From Phoronis australis (Eukaryota > Animalia > Phoronida), in assembly GCA_002633005.1 (NCBI GenBank), contig NMRA01000580.1, forward strand, positions 62,001 through 126,000: a stretch of 64,000 nucleotides of DNA, written 5' to 3'. The notes below the pieces were generated by a model, which worked only from the letters and a program-made list of their open reading frames with translations, had not been told where the DNA came from and made no database searches. Position numbers and translations under genes: made by a program. Numbering within the stretch: the stretch's first letter is position 1; each line of letters starts with the position of its first letter. Below, in pieces: positions 13,422-27,167 of this stretch.

Positions 13422-16400
13422 GTGCGTACGTATACTATCAAGAGATGAAATTAATGATTTGTTGTTAAGAGCTATTCCACGAGAAAATCAAAAGAAATCA
13501 AAAACCGCTCTAGATCGATCTTGAACTTTGCGAATGTGATCATGGGATGTCTCTGAAAAATCACCAAAATTGCTCTTACTGGCCTCTTATTTTTACGTAT
13601 AGGCCTTCAAAGGTTCACGAAGAAAATGACAAGTTTATATATACCGAAAACAGCAATTTTTTCAATATAAAAAGGTAGATTACATGCAGTGAGAGAAAAC
13701 ATAGAATTGGATTAGGAAGTGGGACATAAGGACTATCAAACAAAATCGATACAAATAATTTCGCCGCATTCGTCACGTGACAGGTGAGATAAGTCCTGAA
13801 GCACTTTTCGTAGTGTTGAAAGTGGGTGTTACTCAAGCGTTTCTGCAAGCCAGTTTGCGGACTGTGGACATTGACAGATACGATATTTTTGGATGTATGA
13901 ACAAATTTAAGCAATATCTCGAATGAGCTTTTTCATTTTTTGGTCTAAAATGCCCCAATACTGCATATTCTACAATTTTTAAAGAAATGTTTTTTTTTAA
14001 ATTCATTGAATTTAAAATGGTTTCACAAAGAAATAATTAATAAGAACAAAGTTAACATTTTAGAGACCATAATGCTGTCTGATATATCCATACACCATTT
14101 CCCCCACTGAGCGTCCATAACTAAATGTGGGTCAGAGGTTACGCAGGCGCAGGCGATAACATATTTACCCCGTGCCAATATCCCAAACGGTTGACGCCCT
14201 CACAGACAATGTTTAGGATGACATGAAAAATTCATGTAATTTTTAATGAAATATTCGGATTCGTGCATTATTTCAAGGCGACTTGACTTTTGTTTTATAA
14301 ACAATTCCTTTGATTTAAGTGTTCGAGATCGTATGAAGCAGAAAAAAGGAAAATAATTGTGTTCACTTTGAAGACAAGAACCTACATGAACATGACAGGA
14401 AAGGCATCGATGTCAAAATCGCATGGTGCGTTCAAAAGTTATCACTATTTATGTGTCAAGACTTGACTCATTTTTTGATCGGGTCGCCCATCTGGGATGT
14501 CAGCGGCATAGGTTACGAGTTGAAAGGTGCATAAAATTATTCTCCAAATATTATGTAATGACACGTATCCTTACCTACTATTCTGTACAATCCAAGAGTT
14601 TATACTAGAATTTAATCACGCAGATGTAACTTATTGAGTGGTTAACGTACTTACAATTCATGCTGGACAAATTGGCAACTTTTGCTGAACTGAAAGGTAT
14701 GTTACCGGCTACATTGTCATTGGTGAACATTTTTAAATAGTTAAAACTATAATACGTTTGTAGACACGCACCTATGAAAAGCAGTTTTGTACGATTTCCC
14801 GTTGTTTGTGCCATAATTATTTCAACGTGAAATGCCCATTCAATTGTCTCTGCTAAAATAGTTCTTTTGAAGTCGTTTTTAGTTCTTCAAGGTATGATTA
14901 TGTGCCACAATGTGATACGTATTTTATTAATTTCATGCATAAATTGTGCTTTTGATTTTTGTTTTTAACTAGTTACTTTTTACCTCAGGATATATCAAAG
15001 GAACAAAATGTGTGTGGAAAATCTATTTACAGAAATAGGTTCGAACATTATTCGTATCCTTCAGCCTCATAGCATCGTATTTTATTATCATGCTTGTCAA
15101 ATTCTAGTTTAGTAGGAAAGCTTTTAAGGTTCTCAGTTGCCATGGTAACAATTATGCATGACCACTTTCATATCGTGATTTTGGTTCAGCATGTGTTTCT
15201 GAAATTCTAAGTTACTTAATGTGGCAAAAGGTAGGATCATTTAAGTTTACATGTTAATCTGTACTGAGATCACTTTGATAGATGTAAACCTTAGCTGCAA
15301 TGACAGTTTGAAACCTGTGCGGCCAATATTTTTAGAGAAATCATTTTTATCTCTTATGCCAGTGTGACAACAAGTGACAAAATCAGTTTTGGATGGAATC
15401 GGTTAAACGGTTAGCATCTTGGAAAATTGACCAAACTCAGATTACCAAGGCACAGCATCAGAGGTAGCAGCTGACAGGTGGGGGGGGGGGGGNGGGGGCA
15501 CATGATAAACATATAAACGACTTCCAATATGCTGGTTATGTTACTGGTGGGGCAGCAATGGTTAGCATTATTCGACACATGCATGAAAATAATGTTAGTT
15601 TTTGGCGAAATTGGAAGTTTGAAGTGGAAAACAAGAACGACGCTAGAGTGTGCAGCAAGTATAGGATGATTTGATATTAATCAAAAGTCATGCCTGTGCT
15701 ATTGTTTCTTCGATGGAAACGCTTTGGCCAAGTTTAATGAAATTTCACCAAAGAAATCTGGTTACAGAATCTGCCACCAGGGGGCAAGCAGTAGTAAAAA
15801 CATCTAAAAATTGATGTCGACTGATTTGATCACCATGGAAATATATTTGAAAAAATAATGAAGCACCTCTATGAGGTATACAAGATACAACTGCTTACTG
15901 CTCATAGTCAAACACTGTAAAATACGCAAGGGTGTACCTTTTCTATCGGTTGTTGCTTGAAAACAAATAAAAATCCCAGTTTTTATTTTTGTATTTTCTT
16001 ACTCAAACAACAAACTAATGGAAATGTTATTGGAAATCAGCACCACCCCGCAAACTTCCACCCAGATCACACCAAAAATGACTAAAAATCAAATACACAA
16101 AATTGGACAAAATTTGTCGGATTTTGAGAGTCCAGTGAAGCTTAATGGTAACTCCTTTAAAAATTCGAAAACTGTCTTCTGATAGGGCGGTTCAATGTCT
16201 ACATAAAAATTTTTTCGTTCCGTTCTTCTAAGCCCTTTTAAAACATTTTCACAAACTGAACGTTTTTACCTTATCTGGGCTATTTTGGGCCAAAATATTC
16301 AGGATGCTCCAACTTAAAAAGTAATGGCCCAAAATTTTCAAAAAACATTTTGAACATAACTCTCCAGGATGTATGAACACTCAATTTGTTTTTGAGATCC

Positions 16401-17039
16401 GAGTCGGTGACCCTAGAGTCGACCTTTTAGTATCCAAGCCACTAAGTCGGTGCCATGGAGGTTGGACTTGGGTGGTGCGCTCAATGGAATACATTTAGGA
16501 AACAGGGACGTTTTGAGTCCACCATTGTGCTATAAATGCTTCAATTTTGTATATTCTGTCGGAATAGGTCCTCGGGCTTAAAAGTGACTTAAAACCCCTT
16601 TATAAGCTCCGCCATGGTGGGTCTATGTATGTAAACATAGATGGACTCACCTCTATGTATGGAATCTAGAGGCGGGTACACCTATATAGGTATAGGTCTA
16701 ACTGCCAAGATGGGGTTCTTCCTAATTCCTTTACATGTGCCCGCCGGCGTGGGTCCGTCTGTATTTACATAGTTGGATTCGTCCTGCCAGGGATGACCTT
16801 GATGTCATATTTTAGTGTAGTCACTCACAAACACAGTCTTGATTGATCGTCCTTTATTGTCACAGGTGTCCACTTATGATCACATTTTATTGAGAAACTC
16901 ATATACTTGCACGAGTTTTTGACCATGGAAAGCAAAAACTCAGTAGTCAATAGACTGGTATAGGTGTATGTAATGGGAGATGTAGTGGTTTGCTCCAGGG
17001 TAGGAGACGAACGGTATAGAAGACGTGATACACTCACGT

Positions 17040-17500
17040 GTATTAAGACATGACGCTAGGGTATCCTAGGGGAGGAGTCTCGAGGTGTCAGTTGTGGCAT
17101 AGTCAGGTTTCTTGCGGCAAGAGTTATGCAGTGTTTGAGGAATGAGATGCAGGTACTTCTCTTGGGGTATGACTCTTGAGGCGCCTGTGGTATGAGAAAT
17201 TCATGTTAACTAGGGCAGGATTCGTGCAATATATGAGGTAGGAGATACAGCCGGGTGTCAGTGCTAAGAGAAACATTCATGGTTCCTTTAGTAGGAGTCA
17301 TGCAGTGTCTGAGGTAGGAGATACAGCCACGTGTCTTAGGTTATGACTCTTGGGGTGTCTGTGCTAGGAGAAACAATCATGTCTCATATACTAGGAGTCA
17401 TGCAGTTTTTGAGCTAGGAGATACAGCTGCGTGTGCTGGGGATGTGACTCTTGGGGTGTCTGCGATAGGAAAACAGTTATGTTTCCTGAGGCAGGAGTGA
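17040..17500. repeat. Diverged tandem repeat, about 80-110 bp
   Basis: Repeated aggagtcatgcagtg..gaggtaggagatacagc..tgactcttggggtgtc units. Confidence 0.6.
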
Positions 17501-17747
17501 TAAAGACTGTCACTTGTCCTACACTAGTACACTGTGGTCACCAAGTTCGTTTACACTTGGCGCCCAACGTGCACGTTTATTTCTATATTATGGAAACTAC
17601 AAAAACGATAAATACAATATTGAAGTAGGGAAGGCACTGTGAAGGACAGTCATTTGTCTTAGGGTAGGGCGCGTACTTAGATGCCGCAATTAGTTGTCGT
17701 TAGCTTGAATGCAGTGCCCGTCCTTGTTCACGATTGCAACTTTTCAG

Positions 17748-17813
17748 GCGGACTCACCACTGAGGCTGGAGGCCTGAGAACCAGTACCACATACGTGTCT
17801 TCAATGATTGAAG
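17748..17813 (+). CDS. Gene A 66-nt Ser/Thr-rich microexon 1
   Basis: ttttcag|GC...G|gtaatt, phase 1-1; GGLTTEAGGLRTSTTYVSSMIE. Confidence 0.7.
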
Positions 17814-18346
17814 GTAATTTACAGCACAAGACATCCCCGTATATTGTAAACCCTGATGATTACGTTACTAGATTGTCGACATTGTTAGGTACATGTAACT
17901 TATAGTGGAATCATCCTCGTCTCTGTCATAACTGAATAAAGGTAGGTAATAGCATTCTCATAAAACAAATACTTAAGGTCTTAAGGACATAATTAGGGGG
18001 TACCATGCTTTGGATGAGAATTTGAAAAAAGCAGCATTCAGTATCTGGTGAGCTCAAATAAGACTTTTTCAAACAGCGAAACCTCCCTAGTTCATACTTC
18101 GTAGAGTTACCGAATTATATTTGGATTCCGTTTAGCCGATAGGTTTCGGAATGTATCAAGTTACATGTATTCAAATAATTTTCTCCATTTTAAGGGTCTA
18201 ATAAAAGTGTGTCAACATTTTATCTCTAAAATGCGTTCTCGACATCGCTCAAAAAGTTGACTAAAAAGTAATCCTGGGCAAAACTGACTTTGTGCATTTT
18301 TGAAAAAACTTGTTGTCAGTTCGAATAAAGCATCATTTTTTTGCAG

Positions 18347-18412
18347 AAGGGGTGACGAGTCATTCTAAAGAGATCATAACCTCTGCAATTTCCATGTCGT
18401 CTAGGAGCCAAG
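18347..18412 (+). CDS. Gene A 66-nt Ser/Thr-rich microexon 2
   Basis: tttgcag|AA...G|gtaaac, phase 1-1; EGVTSHSKEIITSAISMSSRSQ. Confidence 0.75.
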
Positions 18413-18972
18413 GTAAACCCATGGGCGGCACACTATAAGGAGCTGGGGGGGCTACATTGTATAGCCCCCAATTTTTCAGTGCTACGCCCCACATGGTCTA
18501 TAGACGGTGCACCACGGGGGCTGAGGGCTTTAGCCCCCACTTTTTCAGTGCTGCGCCACATATGAAACGTCTGCTGCTCGCAATGTGTAGATGTTTGTTT
18601 TATAGTTAATTTGCTGTAAATACCCATTGCCGTTAACAAGTCTTTTCTCTGAATATATGTGTATTAAGTTTCAACACACAAGAGCACACCCAGGCCAGTT
18701 CTACAGGCCTATACGCCCGTGTGTTGTATATACCGCTGATAAGGGTATAGGAGGGACGATGCACATCTCCAAAAATCCTTACTCTACGCCCGTGAAGTGT
18801 GTACAATCTGTAGGCTATATAAAGACGGTTGCTTTTAGCTTCGCAGTCCCACAAAGCTATCATTAGGTCAAGCCGTGTAATTAAGAACGCCAACTAGCCG
18901 TAGAACAAAGCAAACAAGTGCATTTCTGATTGCTTTTGTCAGTTCAGGAAAAACATATTTATCTTCTTTCAG

Positions 18973-19038
18973 AAGGCATCACGAGTCACTCCGGAGAAAC
19001 TGTTAACACTGCAGTTTACATGTCTTCTAAGGAGCAAG
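18973..19038 (+). CDS. Gene A 66-nt Ser/Thr-rich microexon 3
   Basis: ctttcag|AA...G|gtaaat, phase 1-1; EGITSHSGETVNTAVYMSSKEQ, a clear paralog of microexon 2. Confidence 0.75.
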
Positions 19039-19729
19039 GTAAATGCTGGCGTTAATTAGCACCCTAGTAGGCCTACTGTATTAATTCATCCGTTCTAATG
19101 TTGAATTACACTAAGTGCTAACATTTGTTACCAAAAATTTTCTATTGAGGTATTACATGTACTTTTCAACACACGAAATCACATATGCTTGGATTTCAAA
19201 ATTGGCTTACGCACAGATGAACCTTACATTCCTCAAGTGTACCCCCGTGTATCGTACACACCCACTTGTCAAGCTGTCTGCGTCTACGCCTGTGTATTGC
19301 GTGCATCACTAATCGGGTTACATGGGCAGGGCCGTAGAAAGCAGGGAGAGGGTGCACATGTCCCGCAATAATGTGCCGGCCTCTGGATGATCTCCGGGTG
19401 GCAACTGGCATAGATGATTGTGGAAAACGAATAAGTTGTTAGGGTTTAGATTATTTTTAATACATGGGTGTGGTTAAAGTACGCAGATGTGGAATTCGTA
19501 CCTCCGGTTTGGTGTTCGCTCCAGGACTTGCTGGTGTGGGGGATGTGCGTTCAATTTTGAATTAGTTTATTGAAAAATTAAGCTTAGAGACTTTGCAAGG
19601 ATTTTTTAATCCGCGAAAATGGGTCAATCTAGCCCCAGTCTCGTCTAATATCGGGTCATCATTAAGCTTTAACTTTGATCATAGCTGCAATTGTTTGATT
19701 TGTAAAACCTTTTCATTTAATTCATTGAG

Positions 19730-19804
19730 GCACAACTCTGACAACACCACAAGAAAGAATTCCCGGAATAATTGACTTTAGAGGAATTACTTCTGCAAAG
19801 ACAG
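19730..19804 (+). CDS. Gene A candidate 75-nt stalk microexon
   Basis: cattgag|GC...G|gtactg, phase 1-1; GTTLTTPQERIPGIIDFRGITSAKT. The GAG acceptor is atypical. Confidence 0.4.
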
Positions 19805-21799
19805 GTACTGTATTTTACGTGTCTTAAATTAAAATCAAGTTTAAGTGATTCAACAAGTCACTGTATCCAAGGACGAATCCATGGTTCAAGGAGTGAGCGG
19901 TGATTATTCAATAGGCCGAGAAGCATATGTTACAAAGCGACTAACACTGTGATAGATGTTCCAAGTATCCTGCCGAACACCAACCTCATAACTGAAGGGA
20001 TATTTTTCGATACTTGCGAAAAAAAATTGACCATTGAAGGCAAATCCACCAATTGTATTTCTCGGCTGGTAGAAAAGAGGCAATGGTGTATATATATTGA
20101 CGTGTTTTTAAAATCCCATTTCACCTCACTAAAATATGCCATCAAATGGTATCGTGTTTGGGCACGCTTAACAGAAAAGTCACCTTTTCATGGAATTTCC
20201 GTGGTTCCTTACTAACCATGAATCAGTCAGCATGACAAAACTGCACATGAGTCATTGACTGTTTGGTTTTACTCATCAATGCTAATGCGATATTGCTTTA
20301 CTCAAGTCTCAAAACAACACACCTGCAGTTGCTGTATGTTTTAATATTTAATTGGATTACCCGCATGTCTGCGAATCAACATTATATTAGACAACTTCAT
20401 CTTTTTACACACACCTCTGCTGTATCCTTGATAACGGCCAGATTATACACGTTGAATACAATTAGTTGGGTGGTAGCAATTTTACATAAAAGCTGCCAAA
20501 AAGAACTGACTGTTCATCGCTGCGCTTTAACTTTTGACCATTTCTTTTTGTTTGTTACAGTTGGTTGTACTTTAGAATAGGTGTTTTTTCGTTAGCAGTG
20601 TGAACAGTCAACACTTTTTCGGGGTTCTTTCCCTTATTTTTGGTTTGACGCATAAAATTCAATAGACCCGTCCCGTCCACTCTCATTCTAAGGTATTTAC
20701 CAACAATTCAACACATGTGTATAGTATCGCTCAAGTGTATTCACATGCAAATGTACTAGTCACTGTATCACATCCTAATCATGACGCAATTCGTCACTAC
20801 AGCAATGCAGACAAACTTGTATCATTGCAATGCTGAAACAATTAATAGATGAAAACGTAGATACCAGTGCTAGCTAAGGAGTACCTGACATTTTGAGATG
20901 CAGATCAGTCATGCAATGCACTTTTCTACCTCAAAAACACGTGTGTAAATAATTCAACTGAGAACGGGCATAATTTTTGAAGTCATCTCGATGTAGCACC
21001 CTAGACTCTCTCGTACTGACAGTCAGTTTCTTCAAAACATGCGTGGGCTCTCAATTCGTGATCTTCATGTACTATTTGTAGCACATGTCCTTTTTGGTCT
21101 CCATATTTGAACTGTTCAAACGTCTACGCGTACATCGAACGAGCACCAAAAAGGCGTACACACAGACATTCAGTCAAATTTCTCCTCACTTAGTCCATAA
21201 ATATGTTTTACAATGCATCAATTTGCGTTTTTGTCATGTTTTACAACTCTGTTGTTACAAATAATCACAAACTCGGCGTTTATGAGAAATTCGCAACCCG
21301 AGACAGTTGAAACGTGGTGCAGAATGAAGGAGTTGACGTAGTAGTGGTAACACAACTCATTGTTCTTCACAAGTCTTTGGAGACTTTTAGGCGAAACCAA
21401 AAATGGTGGGGAGTTGCAAGATTACTTAGAAGAATGTGTTAATGACTTGGAAAGATATAGTTCGCGAGAAAACAAGTGAAAATATTTGTGGTGTATCGTT
21501 TATTTCATATCTTTTCTAACTTTCACGAACTAGCTAGACGCGAATAGACAGCTATTAACGTTGATTAGAAGTTTCCGTAAATTCTGTAGTCGGCACAACT
21601 TTTCCTTTCATGACATACGGTTGAGCCCGTCATAGTGTGACTGTAGGGACACGTACGACATACATGTATGGTTATGTTCTACTTCTGGTGTTTCTGTACA
21701 CATGTAGGTCACAATTGACGTTGAGGATTCTTCTAGAATACATGGTTATGTTTTCTGATATAACGAAATGTTCTCTCTAAACAGTCACATTTGTTACAG

Positions 21800-21844
21800 A
21801 GCAACCAAAAGTTTCTAAACCTCTGACTGGCAACAATGTTTATG
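21800..21844 (+). CDS. Gene A candidate 45-nt microexon
   Basis: ttacag|AG...G|gtaaga, phase 1-1; EQPKVSKPLTGNNVY. Confidence 0.6.
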
Positions 21845-22139
21845 GTAAGACAACTACTGTGGTGGATGTACTTGCGATTACTTCTTTGTTCAATACCTGT
21901 CCAGGTTAATTCCGATATACTTTGAATTTTTCTTCAAGAATAATTAATGACTCGATGTTGCAATATAATATAGTTTTGCTAATGGTATCCGATGAGCAAC
22001 ATATATTATTGTTTAAAGGTGATACAAAATTAGGATGAGTATGGACAGTTGAAATTCAACGGCGGCCATTGTTTGTCACCTATTTCTCCTGTCGACTCTC
22101 TCCATGGGAGCCATCCATGCCTCCCTACCTGCCATCACC

Positions 22140-22900
22140 CTCGGATACACCTAATACTGTACCTCCCTCATTACTTCACACACCACTGTGACCATCTAAT
22201 ATTCCCCTCCTGACGTCACTCTACCCGAAGACCATTTAATTTTCCCTCTTCACATCAATCTCTCCGGTTACTATGTAATTTTCCCCTCCTATCGTCAATC
22301 TCTTCACGGACTATCTAAGATTCCCTGACGCCTCTCCGTTGACCATCTGATTTTGCCTCCTGACGTTACTCTCTTCGGTGACTGTCCCCTTCTGACGTCA
22401 GTCTTCTCGAGGACTATCTAATCTTTCCTCTTGCCGCCACTCTCCATAAGGAAATCTAATCTTCTCCCCCTGACGTCACTATCTTCGCAGTCCATCTAAT
22501 TTAACGCTTCCTGACGTCACTCTAACCGAAGACCATCTAATCCTCCACTCTCCCCATGACTATCTAATTTATCCCTTCTGACGTCACTCTCCTCGAATTT
22601 CATCCAAGTTCCCCCTCTTGATGTCATTCTCTCCGGTTTTCCCATACCGACGCTACTGTGCCCGATGACTTCCTGATGTCATTTTTTCCGAATACCATCT
22701 AATTGTCCCTTCATTGCGTCACACTCCGAGAAGACCATCTAATTTCCCTTCTCACGAAACTCTCCCAGAAGACCAGCTAACTTCCCCCCCTGACATCACT
22801 CTCCCCGAGGTCAATGTTACTTTCTCTTCCTGACGCCACTCTCCCTGGTGACTATCTAATTTTCCCTACCCTCTATCCTCTAATTTCCACCTCCTTTTGT
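22140..22900. repeat. Diverged tandem repeat, about 40 bp, pyrimidine-rich
   Basis: Many ctgacgtcactctc..gaagaccatctaatt..ccct units. Confidence 0.8.
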
Positions 22901-23034
22901 TACTCTGTCCACGTGTTCGCCATACTGCCACTAACAGTTGACCTTTAATTGACGCCAAATTTGGCAACAGTTGGAACATAATGTAAGGGTGACATTTGGC
23001 AGATACCATCAGTCTCAACAATGTTTACTTGTAG

Positions 23035-23211
23035 ACTGCATAGATGGAGAAGGTACGATGTATAAGTCAGTCCCTTCAAACTGTAGGCTCTACATAGTCA
23101 CGACGTCTTCAGGAATAGCTAAGATTGAAGCTTGTCAGGACCCAGATCCATATTTTAATCCTAGAGCGTGTGCCTGTCAGCTGTTCGTTGGGGAACGTAA
23201 CTGTACAAAGG
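23035..23211 (+). CDS. Gene A exon: chitin-binding type 2 (CBM14/peritrophin-A)-like domain
   Basis: tgtag|AC...G|gtgagt, 177 nt, phase 1-1. DCIDG..PSNCRLYIV..EACQD..YFNPRACAC..NC has CBM14-like Cys spacing and aromatic residues, but the usual third Cys is Thr. Confidence 0.7.
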
Positions 23212-23495
23212 GTGAGTTATTTCGGTATATCATTTTTCTTAAACTATTGCGCTGTGTTCTGATCTCTTTTAGAATACATCTAGGTACTCTAATATGCAGC
23301 TGACCTACACCTTCACAAAGGTTTCATGTACACTGTAACATAATATCTACTATACTGGACATACCGCCCACAGCATTGAACACAAATGCACGAGGTACTA
23401 GCATCTGACCACAAGAGCATCTGCAGGGCAACCCAGGATACATAGATTTCAGTCTGTCTAGTAGGTGTGTGGCCTTTGACGCAGGGCAGTCTTAA

Positions 23496-24060
23496 AGGGG
23501 AAGGTAACCTGTTTTCATGTCATTTTTAGCAAAACTATGGTTCATTGATTATCCCAGTCATATTTTTTACTTAATTATAGCTTTTGGAAATTTAATTAAT
23601 AATTCGTCCTCTACTCCGGAAAAGACGTTTTGGAAGGCAAGAATTTCGCGCAACTCTTAGAGCTGTCGAGTCAGTCATTGTTCTACCTCGGTTGTGATAA
23701 GTTCGGTCGTCGTTTGCTTTTGTTTACGAGTCAGTCAACAGGCCACACTGTTGCTGTGTACTAATTATCGCCCATAGCCTGTAAGCAGCCCTGCTGTGGT
23801 GTTGAGTAGTGGGAGTGAATACAGGCCCAGTTAGACACCGATTGTCGTCCAATGCACAGATCGGTGAACCAAACATAGATAAGTTTATTGTGGACTTGTA
23901 TAAAGTATTGGAACTGTTCAGAAGGTACCAGGTGTGTGGCGAGGGTGTCACACGGCGGAATGTAAGCAGTTTGTGTGCTCAGGTAGCCATCCAGTGGGAG
24001 TGTGTAGCGGGACACTCGGGCAAGTGGGACAGTTGTTCCTCTGTCCGTGAGATGATAATG
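23496..24060 (+). mobile_element. Decayed Kolobok-type DNA transposon: left TIR plus transposase fragment
   Basis: ttaa|agg end, diverged from the TIR at 27168. Peptide DKFIVDLYKVLELFRRYQVCG..WECVAGHSGKWDS resembles the KFIV..LLELF..C..C..C..GH..W.S region of Kolobok transposases. Confidence 0.6.
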
Positions 24061-24089
24061 AGTACATCCCGGCACGCAACAACAGTGTG

Positions 24090-24436
24090 GCCATCAACTA
24101 CTACTACCACCACCACCACCACCACCAACTACTACTACTACTGCTAAAACCACCTCCACCACCAACAACAACTACCCCTACTACTATTACCACCACCACC
24201 ACCACCACCAACTACTACTATTACCACCAGCTACTACTACTACTACCACCACCGCCACCAACTACTACTGCCACTACCACCACCACCATCACCACCAGCT
24301 ACTACTACTTCCACCACCACCACCACCAGCTACTGCTACCACCACCACCAACAACAACTACTATTACTACTACCACCACCACCAACTACTACTACCACCA
24401 CCAACACCACCACCACCACCAACACCACCACCACTA
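24090..24436. repeat. Compound trinucleotide microsatellite (CAC/CTA/CAA)n
   Basis: Direct inspection. Confidence 0.95.
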
Positions 24437-25224
24437 AGCTATTAACACCGATCGGTGACTACCTGCACCTACCCATCCACGGGGTAAACCGTGGGAGTGT
24501 TTTGTTAACTGCTGCTACTCTTTCTTGAACATATCCCAATTCAGCACCCATTTGTCGACTGCACCACAAACTATACACACATTTAAACTTCCTCCACCGG
24601 CCATGTCGGTGTTTTTACGTATAAACGTTTTCCTTCAAACAATTCGACCAGCCAATCAGAAACGCTGGTGTAAACATTTTTCCCCGAGGAAAATTAAATG
24701 AAACCTTCGTGGCCCCTTCCACTAAGTGGGCACAAAAGGAACCAGTGAGCAACTAATGTTGATTGGCTTTAGAATTGCACTCGTGCACTTCTGTGTTCGT
24801 GAGTCCGTCTTGGTGCCCGTGAGACTCTGGGAAAGTGTCGGATCCTCTCAGTACCCATGTATTTGTGAAGATCAAACAATCACTATATACTTCGTAAGCT
24901 GCACGATCATCCGTCATGACCGTTAACAATGAATGAAATTAATAAAGTTTTGTCATTCCAGCGACAGGTCTCACTAACGGTAAGTTTTGTACATGTATAC
25001 CTGAATGACATACCCCGCCCTCCGTTGTATGTCTGGGGGACATTACTTTGTTAGAGGGTTAGCCCCGTTAAGTCTATGTCGTGCATAGCTTTTTACGCAA
25101 TTCGAGCAAGTTAAAAACAAAAAAAGCGATTGACTTTAAAATTTTAAATATCTTTGTCATTTTGAAATACTGAACAACTTATTTTCAGTCGCGCGTTGAT
25201 CTTCTGAATAATTCTGCGTGCCTA

Positions 25225-25610
25225 GGATTCAGAATGCTGTTCAGTCTTTGAAATCTGTGTGGACTAAAAGTCTTGGCTAGTCTGTTAATACTGTGTGAAC
25301 TAAGGGTATTGTCCAGTCTGTGGACTACAAATGCTGTTCAGTTTGTCAATATTATGTGGACTAAGAATGCTGTTTAGACTCTCAGTACTATGTGGCCCAA
25401 GAATAGTGTTCAGTCTGTCAATACTGTTTCGACTAAGAATACAGTTCATTCTGTAAGTATCGTGAAGACTATAAAATGATATTCACTCTGTCAATACTGT
25501 GGGGAAAAAGAATGGTTTTCACTTTGTCAATACTTTGTGGACTACGAATTCTGTTCAGTCTGTCAATACTGTATGGACTAAGGACATTACTCAGATTGTC
25601 AATACTCTTT
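25225..25610. repeat. Diverged tandem repeat, about 36 bp
   Basis: tgtggactaagaatgctgttcagtctgtcaatac units. Confidence 0.8.
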
Positions 25611-27088
25611 AGAAGTCACTTTTCTTCACAGGATTATCAGTGAAATTAACCAGCCGAAGTCTCCTAGCAGACCTGAGATGTCTTCCTAGCGTGGTGCTGA
25701 TGGTGACGTGCCTTATTTAGCTGGTGTTTATGTCAATTACAGACCTTCACCTTAACTAATTCTTGCAAAATTTGATGTTCGATATCGATTGTGGAGTTAT
25801 AAGTCTAATTACAATAACATAAAATATTTAAACGTATCTCATACAACCAATATTTAATGGAAATGTGCGTTAAACCTGGGGAAACGGGCATGTTTTGTCT
25901 AACATAAAACGACAATCAACTAAAAGAAATGACAGAAAGGGCTGTGGAGAAACGACTTTCAGAAAAAATATACTTCACGAGCTCCTAGAACCAAAAGAAT
26001 GTTCCAACAACTGGAACCAAAAGGGGTGGATGAGCCAAAAAGGGATTAATAACGCCTGACTGAATCATTTCAAAAGTGTGCCATGGGGAGAACGTGTTTG
26101 CAAAACTAAGCCAGCATACTACGAAGTTGTTTCAAAAATGTGGAGACATAGAATCCCAATGGAAGCTGAGAAGCGGGACCTGAAGTAAATCAATAATTGG
26201 ACGGTATAATTACAGGCAAAATCAGATGGAATGAAGAATGTTATAATCCGAGACAAATTTTGGTTTCAACATGGGGCATTAATTACTGATATGCTTTGGG
26301 GAGATAGTATTTAATCTCAAATATCTACTGACCCAAAATCGCTAACAAGCATCGCATAGAAAATTGTAATCACGATCTTTTAAAAATCAATATCGGATTT
26401 GAGCAAGTAAAGTGTATCTTTTAATTTACTAGGTTGTCATCTTGATTAACAATGATAACAAACTAGCAATGATTACAGGATGACAGGGAGTACAGACTGA
26501 CAATTAGTGTGGACTGGTAGTGAGTACGGACTGACACTGAGTACAAATTGGCAGTGAGTGCAGATTGACACTGAGTACAGATTGGCAGTGAGTACGGACT
26601 TACAGTGTATATCGACTGGTAGTGAGTACCGATAGACATTGAGTGTGGACTGGCAGTGAGTACAGAAAGTTAGTGAGTACAGACTGATAACTGATAATGA
26701 GAACAGATTGGCAGTGGGTACAGAATGAGAGTGAGAACAGAGTGACAGTGAGTAAAGAGTGGCAGTCAGTTCTGACTTACCGTGAGTACACACTGGCAGT
26801 GAGTATTTTCTGACAGTGAGTACAACAGTGGTGGATCTAGGATATCACAAGGGGGGGCCCAACATTTTGTCCGGCTGTAAGCATTTGCGCAAACTGAACC
26901 ACGATTGTAGATGCGCATAGCACCGAATGGGGGGAGGTCGGGAGGGGGGGTTTGCCCCCCTCTCGCCCATGAAATTTTTCAGTTTTTACCTCTAAAAATC
27001 AAGCATTTTCCTTGATTCTTGAAGTATTATCCAAGAAAAAAAGGAAAAAAAAAAACACGGAGAACGTGTCAAACAGGAAAAACTACAA

Positions 27089-27154
27089 GTATCAAAGACT
27101 CGAACTCACGACTTGTCGGATAAAGCGCGCGTGCGTTACCACTACACCACCACG
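27089..27154 (-). other. tRNA-derived sequence (pseudo-tRNA/SINE head)
   Basis: Reverse strand gtggtgtagtggtaacgcacgcgcg...gagttcgagtc has Pol III A and B boxes, but the acceptor stem does not pair. Confidence 0.55.
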
Positions 27155-27167
27155 ATTTAACTATTAA

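Noticed and set aside
13470-16440. Additional gene A exons in this intron
   Set aside because: Candidate acceptors (e.g. 14988) lead to stops in the required phase; the region looks like an old unclassified TE.
24087-24437. His/Thr/Pro-rich ORF
   Set aside because: Translation of a trinucleotide microsatellite.
27089-27154. Functional tRNA gene
   Set aside because: A and B boxes are present but there is no pairing acceptor stem, and it is embedded in a TE.
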